64,000 bases of DNA, taken from positions 800 through 64,799 of the IMG/VR virus record IMGVR_UViG_3300038379_000133. One strand, given 5' to 3'. Every line of letters starts with the position of its first letter. Within the stretch, counting starts at the first letter, position 1. The notes beneath the pieces are model-generated. The model saw only the letters and a program-made list of their open reading frames with translations, searched no databases and was not told where the DNA came from. A program made the translations under genes and the position numbers. Origin of the DNA: a virus (taxonomy: Duplodnaviria; Caudoviricetes). This document shows positions 53,801 to 63,137 of the stretch, piece after piece.

Positions 53801-56488
53801 GTGGGGCACAGTGCGCTCACAGAAGTCGCCGAGCAACTGTGGGTGGATACCGCAGACGATGCGCGCCTGGATGCTTTGTCTGCGCGGCATGGATTAAGGC
53901 GTCCACACGGCGGCTACGATGATCGGCATTGGCGCGCGCTGACCCGCGCGATCGCCAAGCGAGACCATCAGACCCGTGATGCCTTCCGTCGCGTCATCGA
54001 AGCATGTGCAGGACCGCAGTGGTCTCGCCCTAACGTGCTCGCTAGTGCTTCTGTAGCTGGCGATCGGCGTCTCTCTCTCCTCGCTACGCCAACGCGCTCC
54101 TCGCTCACGTATCACGGTACGCTACGGCTCGATCCTGGGATGTCGACCGAGGAGACCATCGCCTTTGAGCGACACAATGGCACGACCGGCGACGTGCGTT
54201 TGCTAGCAGAGACGCGCTTTGATCACCCGGTCGTGTCGCCGTTCGAGGCGACGCTGTTCGGGGATGTGGTGCCGACACAGACGACGCTCACGTTGTTCCG
54301 TACGATCGACGTCCCTCTGCCGACGACGTATCCGTTCCCGATCTTGGTCGGGCGAGGAACCGTGACAGAGGAGGTGGTCGTCGCTCTGTCTCTGTCAGGT
54401 TCGTCGCTGCTGACTACACCGTTCCAGCGCGCGCATACCGCGCATAGGCATGAATACCGACGCACGACACTTCTCAGCGACCTGCGCCCTGGCGGTCGCA
54501 TGGTCGTGCGAGTCTCCCCATCGTCGATCGCTGGCTGGCCGTCATCGGGTATGCTGTTCCTCGGTGACGTAGGCAAAACTATCGAATACGTCATGTATTC
54601 GAGCGTGGACTACGACAACGGGTTGTTCTATCTATCGCTGCCAGCTAGCCCATCACCTGCGATGTCTGCTGGTGTATCTGTCATCCTAGTGACGCCCGGA
54701 GATCGTGTCGAGCCTGCTACTGTCGTACAGGACGGACTGCATTGGGACATCACGGAACCAGGGCCGCGTCGCGTCGTAGTCTACATGCCGCGCGACACGC
54801 AGCGCTTGCGACTTGTCGATGCGAGCTATCTGCACGATCAAGCACCCAAGTCGTTCTCAACGACGCTAGCTGTTGCAGCGAGCCCAGGAGATACAGAGCT
54901 TCAGGTCACGAGTGCTGCTGGCTTCGTCGAAGGCGCAGCGATGGTACGCGTCACGAGCGCGACAGTGCTGTGGTACATCGAGCGGCAGGAAGCGGCATCG
55001 CCAAACCCGAAGCTCATCCTAGCAGAGCCGTTGACCGTCGGATTGTCCGGCGGAGCGACCGTAGAGACCTGGGAGCTTCCGTATGCATCGACGGATTTAG
55101 AGGAAGGCAATATTCGTGATGCATCCGGTATCGTGCAGTCTCAGCGCTACACAGGTCCGTACGTGTACGCACCGGCTGAGTACGCGCCTGGGCCTACGGC
55201 GTCGACACTCGCGACGCGGATCGCAGCACGGCAATCCGTTGCCTACGCGCAAGGCGCAGGGCGCTATGCGCTCGAGGTCCGCGAGGCGAGCTCGTGGACA
55301 GCCGGCGCGACGGCTCGAGTAGGGCGCGGCGCTGGACGCCAAGAAGATCGCGTCGTCGCACAGGTCAAGCGTCGCGTAGTCGTGGGCTCAACGACTGTGA
55401 GCGGAGCGCATAGCACGGGCTCGACGACGCTCACTGTCGCGTCGAGCGCTGCATTCCCTACTGGCACAGCACCACTTGGCTACCGGTTGCGTGTGAACAG
55501 CACGGACACGCTGATCGTGCGCTCCAATAACGGCGCGACAGTATTCACGCTCGAGCGCCCGACGACGACCGCCTACTCTGGCGGGGAAACAGTCGTTCTA
55601 TGGGCCGACGTGCTCGTGTTCGGTACGGCTCTCACATCGGCGCACAGCGTCAGCGAGTACGTCGAGGAGCTCGTCTCGCGCGTGACAGTAGCCGATGGCG
55701 GTCTGTTTGGATCAAGCGGATACATTGTGATCAATCACGGATGGCAATGGCAGCCAGCAGCAGTGCGGATCTCGTCCGTCATCTCGTCTACGGTGTACGA
55801 GCTGCGCACGCCGCCTGAATTCAGTACGACCGTGCGGCTGTCTACGCTCGGCGGCGACACGACTCTGCCGGTGGTTCGACAGCACCACTACCCACAGGGC
55901 GGAGACGGACAACATGCGCTAGGCTTTCGTCTCGTCGTGAACCCGCTTGGCGGCAGCCAGGAAACCGTGACGGCTCTCGCTAATCCACCATCAGGCGCAG
56001 GCAGCATATCGCTCACGGCCGGCATGGCGAACGCTCATTCACCGGGCGAAGTCGTGCGGCTCATCACGCAGCCGCTGCCATCGAGCGGCTACCCGCTTCC
56101 GGCCGTGCTCGGCTGGCAGAGCAGCAATGAGGAAGCCGTCACCATCTCCTCGTTCGACGCTGCGCTCAACCGCATTACCATAGGCGCGCCGATCAACACG
56201 CACGTCGCAGGAGAATTCCTGTACTTCGGCGCAGGAGCGCCGGAGGTTCTCGAGTTTGTCGCTCGGGATGGCAATGCCTTGACGCTTGCGACGCCGGTAG
56301 TTCTCGCGTCATTCGACGGGCACCTAGTAGGCGAGGATGTATGCTTGTCGTCTGGTGAATCCGAGGCGCAGGACGACGGGTCAGGCGATGCGTTTTATCT
56401 CCCGCCAGAGCCTGGATGGTGTACCCGTGAGATACTCGAGCAGATCAAAGCCGCTGGCGTCACCGTCGAACTGACGGACGTGCGGTGA
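53801..56488 (+). CDS. Baseplate wedge protein (gpI-like ends) with repeated modules
   Basis: VDTADDARLDAL..RHGL.R N-terminus, IKAAGV C-terminus; GTG start. Confidence 0.75.
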   Translation: MGHSALTEVAEQLWVDTADDARLDALSARHGLRRPHGGYDDRHWRALTRAIAKRDHQTRDAFRRVIEACAGPQWSRPNVLASASVAGDRRLSLLATPTRSSLTYHGTLRLDPGMSTEETIAFERHNGTTGDVRLLAETRFDHPVVSPFEATLFGDVVPTQTTLTLFRTIDVPLPTTYPFPILVGRGTVTEEVVVALSLSGSSLLTTPFQRAHTAHRHEYRRTTLLSDLRPGGRMVVRVSPSSIAGWPSSGMLFLGDVGKTIEYVMYSSVDYDNGLFYLSLPASPSPAMSAGVSVILVTPGDRVEPATVVQDGLHWDITEPGPRRVVVYMPRDTQRLRLVDASYLHDQAPKSFSTTLAVAASPGDTELQVTSAAGFVEGAAMVRVTSATVLWYIERQEAASPNPKLILAEPLTVGLSGGATVETWELPYASTDLEEGNIRDASGIVQSQRYTGPYVYAPAEYAPGPTASTLATRIAARQSVAYAQGAGRYALEVREASSWTAGATARVGRGAGRQEDRVVAQVKRRVVVGSTTVSGAHSTGSTTLTVASSAAFPTGTAPLGYRLRVNSTDTLIVRSNNGATVFTLERPTTTAYSGGETVVLWADVLVFGTALTSAHSVSEYVEELVSRVTVADGGLFGSSGYIVINHGWQWQPAAVRISSVISSTVYELRTPPEFSTTVRLSTLGGDTTLPVVRQHHYPQGGDGQHALGFRLVVNPLGGSQETVTALANPPSGAGSISLTAGMANAHSPGEVVRLITQPLPSSGYPLPAVLGWQSSNEEAVTISSFDAALNRITIGAPINTHVAGEFLYFGAGAPEVLEFVARDGNALTLATPVVLASFDGHLVGEDVCLSSGESEAQDDGSGDAFYLPPEPGWCTREILEQIKAAGVTVELTDVR

Positions 56489-56498
56489 AGGGGACACG

Positions 56499-59400
56499 AT
56501 GGCGATCGTAGACATCTCCAGGCAAGCGTTCTTTCCGAGCGAGCGCGTGGATCTCGAGCCGCTTCAGCGAGCGACGAGCGGAAGTGATACCGTCGACGGG
56601 TACGCACTCCTCCTCCAGCGCCAGCTCGCTGAGAGATTCCTGTGCGACGATCTGCCACGCGTAGCGGATGGATTCCGGGTCGAGATCCCCAATCAGACGA
56701 CCTCGCCTGGCACCTTTGTCATGCACAACGGCGTGGCGTGGAACCGGCTTGGCGTACTCGTCGAGAACGGACAGGATCTCGATGCGCAGAAGATCGCCAA
56801 CCTGCCGCTCGCGTCGACGCTGTATTACGTCGAAGTGGAGCTATCGCTCGTAGCGGCATCTACCGACGCCAGGGCGTTCTGGAATCCCACGTATGACAAC
56901 GGCACGGATCCATCAGGCGACGCGCGACCGCCTGGCCGGGAATACAGCCGCAACGTCTCAACCGTCTGGCAGGTCGACTGGTCGATCGTGACGAACACGT
57001 CGGGGTTCTCATACAACTTTGTGCACCCAAACAGCGTGCGCATTCCGATCTGTGTGCTCAAGACCGATTCCAGTCCGACGCCTCAGATCGTAGCTACCTC
57101 GTACGTGACGCAGACCGTATTGCGCCAAGCAGCGGCGTCGAGTGCGACGCAGCTCCTGTGCATCGACACGCGACATCTTCCGTCATCGTTCAGCGGCACA
57201 GTCGGCGGCACAGCGGTGACCGTCACGGAGAACGATCGCGAGAACCACACGCTGACGCTGAGCGGCGCAATCGGCGTCGCCAAGACCATCGGCGCGCGCG
57301 TGATCCCCGATAGCGGCAGCACCGTGTTCCTCCAGGACCGCGGCCGGGTCTATTCAGATAAACCAGTGCCGGACCCGACAGCGACAACCGCTGTCGGTAT
57401 GTGGGACGTCGGCGCAGGGCTCTCGGCTGATACACGTCCTCGCTTCTGGCAGGCTTCTGAGCAGCGCGGTTACGCGACGCTTCAGAACCCCTATGGCACC
57501 ATCGGAAGCCTCGACGAGACATCGGACATCCAGATCAAACAGCTCAAGCAGTACATTGACGCTCGCGCTGCGCTTGACGCCGAGGCTGCCTGGGGAGGCT
57601 CGCTCCTACCGACGCCGTCTTCGCCTATCGACGGCGCAATTGGTCAGAACACCGGCGCAGCCGGGCCGTTCGCAACGAATCCTCGATATTTCCAGCGAGC
57701 TGGCGGACGCCAGGGAGCGCGCGGGTACGTCCTCACCGTAGGCGATGGCGTGCGATCGTTCGGTGACATCAACACGAACGTATATGCGTCGACTCAGGCA
57801 GCGATTCAGGCAGCCATCGACAAACTCTCGTCTACGGGTCTTGGTGGAACGCTTCTCATCAAGCGCGGCGCGGCTCCATACGATATTGGATCCACGACGA
57901 TCACAGTAGCTGGGTTCACCAAGGGCATCGCAATCGTCGGAGAACGGGATCTCACTGAGCTACGATGCACCGGGACAGCGCCTGTGTTCTCGCTGTCTGG
58001 CGCTGGCAACATCGTCCACCTAGAGAATCTGCGTTTGACCCGCAGCGGCGGTACAGCGTCTTATATCGTCGAAGCGACTGCTAACGCGACGACATTCAGC
58101 GCGACTCGGTGTCATATCGAAGGCATTGCGGCGACCGGGACAGCGAGTCTCGCAAACGGGGTCGTGTCGCAGTGCACATTCGCTGCTAGCGCTGGTGCTG
58201 GCATCGCATGGGGCGGTCTTACCTCGTCTATGACATTCGTAGGGTGCTCGTTCACATCGACGCTCAACTCCGCGTCAGCCTACGCCGTGAAGCTCGGAGC
58301 TGTATCGCTATTCAACACATGGCATAATTGCACGTTCACGTCGAACGCTGCATCCATCGTCGCAGTCGTCTACGTCGATAGCGCGTCGTCTTGTGACTTC
58401 GAGTCCTGCACATTCACGGAGACCAGCGCTGGTGGCAGCGGCTGCGTCGGCGTCTACGCGCCTAGCGGGTCGTCCTGGCTGCGCTTCAAGCATTGCATCA
58501 ACTCAGGCTCCGGTACTCTCTACGGCTTTATCAGCGCTGCGGCGGCTATCGCAAAGCTCGTAGTCGTCGACTGCGAAGTCACGTTTGCTGCGAACGCTGC
58601 CGGGATCGCTACAGCTGGCGGCGGATCCGTCATTGTGCGCGACTCGACGTTCACCCAGGCGTCATCGACAGGCGGCAAGACTGGCGTGGCCGTGTCGGTG
58701 ATCGACGGCGATCACTGCCTCGTCGATAGCGTGTCTTGCGTCAACTGCGACGACGGCATAGCGTTTACCGGAACGACTGTCCAGCATATCACCGTGCGCA
58801 AGGCGAAGGTGCGCAACGCTACGGCCACATCTGGCAAGCGCGGGGTCTACATCTCAGCGTCGTCATCGCTGCAACACGTTCTCATCGATGACTGCTACAT
58901 CGAGGGCCTAGACGATACAGTGCTCGGCAACGTTGCTGGCATCTTCGTGTCGACCGTCGGCGCAAGCGCTGTGGATCAAGTAGCGGTGCGCAACAATCAC
59001 GTGTACTCGCTCGGCAGCACATCGCTTACGACGACCTATGGCGTGCGCATACAGGGAGGAGCGCAGGGCGTCGATGTCAGCGGCAATGCGATCCGCTCGC
59101 TCACGTCGTCTACCAACACCTACGGTATTATCGCTGAAGACGATGGGACGTATCGGCCAGTCGGAGTAGACATCCAGCGCAACACGCTCATCGCGATTGA
59201 TGGGCTCGGCACCGTGTCAGCCATCGCTGCAAGCGCCTTCGCTGACATCTCGATCGCGCACAACAAGCTGCGCGTCATCGGGTCCAGTTCTAGCTCGGCG
59301 AACGTGCGAGGCATCTTCGTCGGGTACAACGCCTCAGCGCTATCCGGCGCAGGAGACCATGACAACGCTGTCATTGCGCACAACACGATCTCGGTGCTGA

Positions 59401-60200
59401 CTAGCGCGTCGAGTAGCGCTGCTAATTACGCGGCTGCGATCCATGCTTTTGTTGGCCTCGCAGGCGGCTCGATCGCGCACAACATCATCACGGATGTTCA
59501 CAGAACCGCATCCGCGATTCGCTACGGCGTCTATGTCCATGGCAACGGTGTGGCGAGCACATACTGCAAGGACGTATCGATCGCGCACAACCTCATGCGG
59601 GTCACCTCGACCGTGACGTACAACTATGACTACGGAGTGCACGTCACCGGAATGCTTGGCTCGGATGGCGAAGATCGCTGGGACATCTCTCACAATAGCG
59701 TGCAGGTGTGCGCGCTCGGCGGCGTGTGGTTTTCTAATTCCGAGACGATCTCGAACATCACCATCGCATCGAACCGAGTCATCAGCACGACAGCTAATGC
59801 GGTCGGCATCTTGGTGTTTAAGGGCGAAGCGCTCGCTATCACCGGAAACGTGGTGTCGATGGGCGATCCGACGAACGATGCTATCAACCTCGATACATGC
59901 GGCGATATCGTAGTATCCAGCAACCGCTTGTTCGTGGACAAGCCGGACGGCTCTCACGCGGTGGTGCGGGTCATCAACGGCAGCCCAATTGGTGTCATCG
60001 CAGGCAACTTCATTCGCACGACGTCGACTACCTCGAACGCTCGAGCGGTCGAAGCGCCCTCTACGGTCACAACCTTTGCGAATCGCTTTTACACCAACGG
60101 AGCGACGGGGTTTTTGACGGGCGGGACAGCCTCTCGTGTGTCGACCACGTCAGAATCCGGTGCTTTTGGTAACGACGGTCACTACGTGAATCGGTGGTAG
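56499..60200 (+). CDS. Tail fibre/spike with right-handed beta-helix (pectin lyase-like) domain
   Basis: N-terminal baseplate-attachment region, TVGDG..SFGD, IQAAID, then many (V/I)x(I/V)xxN repeats. Confidence 0.85.
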   Translation: MAIVDISRQAFFPSERVDLEPLQRATSGSDTVDGYALLLQRQLAERFLCDDLPRVADGFRVEIPNQTTSPGTFVMHNGVAWNRLGVLVENGQDLDAQKIANLPLASTLYYVEVELSLVAASTDARAFWNPTYDNGTDPSGDARPPGREYSRNVSTVWQVDWSIVTNTSGFSYNFVHPNSVRIPICVLKTDSSPTPQIVATSYVTQTVLRQAAASSATQLLCIDTRHLPSSFSGTVGGTAVTVTENDRENHTLTLSGAIGVAKTIGARVIPDSGSTVFLQDRGRVYSDKPVPDPTATTAVGMWDVGAGLSADTRPRFWQASEQRGYATLQNPYGTIGSLDETSDIQIKQLKQYIDARAALDAEAAWGGSLLPTPSSPIDGAIGQNTGAAGPFATNPRYFQRAGGRQGARGYVLTVGDGVRSFGDINTNVYASTQAAIQAAIDKLSSTGLGGTLLIKRGAAPYDIGSTTITVAGFTKGIAIVGERDLTELRCTGTAPVFSLSGAGNIVHLENLRLTRSGGTASYIVEATANATTFSATRCHIEGIAATGTASLANGVVSQCTFAASAGAGIAWGGLTSSMTFVGCSFTSTLNSASAYAVKLGAVSLFNTWHNCTFTSNAASIVAVVYVDSASSCDFESCTFTETSAGGSGCVGVYAPSGSSWLRFKHCINSGSGTLYGFISAAAAIAKLVVVDCEVTFAANAAGIATAGGGSVIVRDSTFTQASSTGGKTGVAVSVIDGDHCLVDSVSCVNCDDGIAFTGTTVQHITVRKAKVRNATATSGKRGVYISASSSLQHVLIDDCYIEGLDDTVLGNVAGIFVSTVGASAVDQVAVRNNHVYSLGSTSLTTTYGVRIQGGAQGVDVSGNAIRSLTSSTNTYGIIAEDDGTYRPVGVDIQRNTLIAIDGLGTVSAIAASAFADISIAHNKLRVIGSSSSSANVRGIFVGYNASALSGAGDHDNAVIAHNTISVLTSASSSAANYAAAIHAFVGLAGGSIAHNIITDVHRTASAIRYGVYVHGNGVASTYCKDVSIAHNLMRVTSTVTYNYDYGVHVTGMLGSDGEDRWDISHNSVQVCALGGVWFSNSETISNITIASNRVISTTANAVGILVFKGEALAITGNVVSMGDPTNDAINLDTCGDIVVSSNRLFVDKPDGSHAVVRVINGSPIGVIAGNFIRTTSTTSNARAVEAPSTVTTFANRFYTNGATGFLTGGTASRVSTTSESGAFGNDGHYVNRW

Positions 60201-60207
60201 GCGTGCC

Positions 60208-60618
60208 ATGCTACTCGACGCTATAGCGCGCTCGCAGGCACAAGACCCCCAAGCGGCGCACCGCGAGCTCTCCGTGCTGCTCGACGTCTTAGCGAGCATG
60301 CTGGATGGTCTCGCTGGCGTGACGGCCTCGGTCGAGCGCATGCGCCTGGCCTCCATGCGTAAGTCTCCGCTCGATGGGTATCGCCTCGTCATCGTCATGG
60401 GCGTGAACGTGCCTCGGCTCTATGTCGTCTCGCGTGCGTCAGCCGACCCGCCGGCGTGGGTCGATGTGAGCAGCTCAGATGGCGTCCTGTTTTCATTGCG
60501 CCGAGACGGGCCGAATGATTACTCCGTCGTGCTCAATGGAGCGACCGAGAAGCTCACACAGGATGTCTTTCGCAATGCGCTTAGCGTCGTCGCTTCGCGC
60601 TTCATGGCGTCGTCATGA
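60208..60618 (+). CDS. Hypothetical protein
   Basis: ATGA-coupled to the next gene. Confidence 0.6.
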   Translation: MLLDAIARSQAQDPQAAHRELSVLLDVLASMLDGLAGVTASVERMRLASMRKSPLDGYRLVIVMGVNVPRLYVVSRASADPPAWVDVSSSDGVLFSLRRDGPNDYSVVLNGATEKLTQDVFRNALSVVASRFMASS

Positions 60619-61634
60619 TCGCCTTCGAGTGGGCGGACATTCACTCAGGCACACGCGCCTTCTTTGAAGGCGAGCCTCAGACGGAATCGATCAAGCTCGG
60701 CATCTCCATCGCGAAAGCCGTGCATGCTGTGCTTGGTAGCGCCGTCGAGCGCCCTAATGTGTCCCCGCAGGCTTCGTGGTCGTCGCTAGCGGTGACAGGA
60801 CTCACGCCTGGCCGCATCGTGTTCACCGGAGATAATGGTCTCCTCTCGGATGACGAGCGGTGGATCTGGAGCACGACCGACCGCCGCGCGCTGATCGATC
60901 GCCCGTCGATAGGCTCGACGAGCAACACGGCTGACACGACGGCTTTCGTGCTGCGCAATGCGACTCCTGCGACTGCTACCTCGACCTATCAGGACTCGCC
61001 TGCGCTAGAGCTGCGCGGTCGCACCTATACGACGTATGGCGCGGCTGACAGGCTGCACGCCTGGCGCATCTTTGCGCAGGGGGACTACGACGGCGCGTAC
61101 ACGAACCTTGGACAGCTCGCTATCCAAGCATGGCACCCAGGCGTCAATCAGTGGTACACGCGCCTCGATATCTTCACGAACGACATTCAATATGGAGATC
61201 CAGGATACGTACGCATCTTCGCGCGTCTCTCCGTGCAAAACGATCTCCACGTGCAAAACGGAAGCGCGCTGTATATGTGGTCTGCTTCCTCCGTGTCGCT
61301 GCCTGTATTCGTGCGCTCCTCGGCTGTGACTAACGCCATCGACGTCAAGTCGCTCGCGGCATCAGCGCCAGTGCGTTTCTTGGATTCCGCTGGAGCGTTC
61401 ACCGTAACGATCCAGAAGACCATGCGCCTCACGAATGCGGGCGGCAACTACGCAGACATTACTGCGCATGCTGCGCAGTCCGCTGATACGCCGTACGTCT
61501 GGCCGAACGGCTACCCGTCTTCGACCAAGTATCTCAAAAGCGACGCGAGCGGCAATATGTCATGGGATACGCCATCGGGCGGCGGCGGCGGCGTGGAGAC
61601 ATGGTCTCGCACGTTTGCGATGATGGGAGCCTGA
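60615..61634 (+). CDS. Tail fibre-associated protein
   Basis: GRIVFTGDNGLLSDD, YVWPNG...YLKSDASGNMSW motifs common in fibre proteins. Confidence 0.7.
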   Translation: MIAFEWADIHSGTRAFFEGEPQTESIKLGISIAKAVHAVLGSAVERPNVSPQASWSSLAVTGLTPGRIVFTGDNGLLSDDERWIWSTTDRRALIDRPSIGSTSNTADTTAFVLRNATPATATSTYQDSPALELRGRTYTTYGAADRLHAWRIFAQGDYDGAYTNLGQLAIQAWHPGVNQWYTRLDIFTNDIQYGDPGYVRIFARLSVQNDLHVQNGSALYMWSASSVSLPVFVRSSAVTNAIDVKSLAASAPVRFLDSAGAFTVTIQKTMRLTNAGGNYADITAHAAQSADTPYVWPNGYPSSTKYLKSDASGNMSWDTPSGGGGGVETWSRTFAMMGA

Positions 61635-61635
61635 C

Positions 61636-61965
61636 GTGGCTGACACGCTCAAGGTGCTCGGGCAATCAGCGCCATCTGCGACGACAGAGACGGACCTATA
61701 CACAGTGCCTGGCGGCACGTCTGCGACTGTATCGACTGTCATCGTGTGCAACCGCGCTGGGTCAGCAGCTACTTTTCGTATCACCGTAGCGCCCGCCGGT
61801 GCGGCTACTACCAATGCGCAGTATCTCTATTATGATCTGCCGATCCCAGCTAACGATTCATTCGCGTTGACGCTCGGGGTGACGCTCGCAGCGACTGACA
61901 AGATTAGGGTATACGCAAGCTCGGCGAATCTGACGTTTCAGGCTTTTGGAGTCGAGGTTACGTAG
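61636..61965 (+). CDS. Small beta-sandwich tail accessory protein
   Basis: KVLGQSAPSATTETDLYTVP...VCNR...YDLPIPAND...GVE. Confidence 0.75.
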   Translation: MADTLKVLGQSAPSATTETDLYTVPGGTSATVSTVIVCNRAGSAATFRITVAPAGAATTNAQYLYYDLPIPANDSFALTLGVTLAATDKIRVYASSANLTFQAFGVEVT

Positions 61966-63134
61966 TGGCGCACGGATACGCAGGACAAGGGTTAAGCGTC
62001 ACGAGTGGGATACTCGGACTAGGCGCTGGTACGCAGACCGCTATCTCGGCCACCGTCGTCATGGCCGACTCGAACGGCATGTCATGGGGCATGTCAGGAT
62101 CAACGCGCATTACCGCCTCCTTCGACGGCATCCGATCTGTCAGCGCAGGCACCACTCAGGGCGGCACCTCAAAGCTCGTATTCGCCGATGGAAACGGCGT
62201 GTCGTTTGGATACGACAACGGGACGATCACAGCATCAGTTGCAGGCGGCACGGCCTTCGTGACAGGCATCGGCGTCTCGACTGGCGGCAACACAGCGGGC
62301 GACACAGGTACAACGCACGGGCGCTATGTATTAGTTGGCGTCGGCGCTGTGTCGTTGTCACAGACGACGGGAGCCGGATCTCTAGCGACAGTATCCATCT
62401 CGGCTCCAGCGCAAACCACGCAACCAGGCATCCAGTCGATCTCGGCCGGCACGACGCGCATCACGACCGGCGAGGCTATCCTATCTGACGCTAACAACGT
62501 TACGTTCGGCGCAGATGGGCAGACCATTACAGCGCGCGCGTCCATCTCGGAGCGTCTCTCTCTCTGGTCGCACAACATGGAGCTCGTGTCTAACTGGACG
62601 GTTCAGAACGGGATCCTCAGCATCCAGCGCGTGCAGCTGCCTCTCAGGCATACGATGAGCCAGCTCATGATGGTCATGGACCTGACAGGGGCCAGCGGAT
62701 CGTCCGGCGCGTTGACCGTATCCGCCGGAGTCTACACCATGGCTGGCTCGACAGCGAGCTTGAGCACATCAGCGTCGCGCGAGTTATCGTGGACGAGCGG
62801 CAGTGAGACGAGCGCATCGAGCCGATACGGCGGCGTATCTGGCACGCGGTATCGCACGCTCGCTATCAATGTCAGCATGACGCCAGGAGATTACCTCGTA
62901 GGGATCTGGATGCGCACGACCAACAACGGCACCTGGCGCGTCTTTGGGCTTCAGCGCGTGTCGATCGCAGGGGCGCTCGACACGAACGAGACGCGTATTT
63001 TCCTGGACGGGATTACCTCTGCGAGTTTTTCGACAGCACTACCGGCATCCATTGATGTCACGAACACGGGCTTCCAGCGCACCGGCCAAAGCGCTTTGAG
63101 ACAGCCTGGGCTCATCTTCGTGGGGAGTTTCTAA
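61965..63134 (+). CDS. Ser/Gly/Thr-rich fibre-like protein with SAGTT repeats
   Basis: Repeated SxSAGTT...(D/N)xNxVSFG and GGNTAGDT modules. Confidence 0.75.
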   Translation: MAHGYAGQGLSVTSGILGLGAGTQTAISATVVMADSNGMSWGMSGSTRITASFDGIRSVSAGTTQGGTSKLVFADGNGVSFGYDNGTITASVAGGTAFVTGIGVSTGGNTAGDTGTTHGRYVLVGVGAVSLSQTTGAGSLATVSISAPAQTTQPGIQSISAGTTRITTGEAILSDANNVTFGADGQTITARASISERLSLWSHNMELVSNWTVQNGILSIQRVQLPLRHTMSQLMMVMDLTGASGSSGALTVSAGVYTMAGSTASLSTSASRELSWTSGSETSASSRYGGVSGTRYRTLAINVSMTPGDYLVGIWMRTTNNGTWRVFGLQRVSIAGALDTNETRIFLDGITSASFSTALPASIDVTNTGFQRTGQSALRQPGLIFVGSF

Positions 63135-63137
63135 GCT

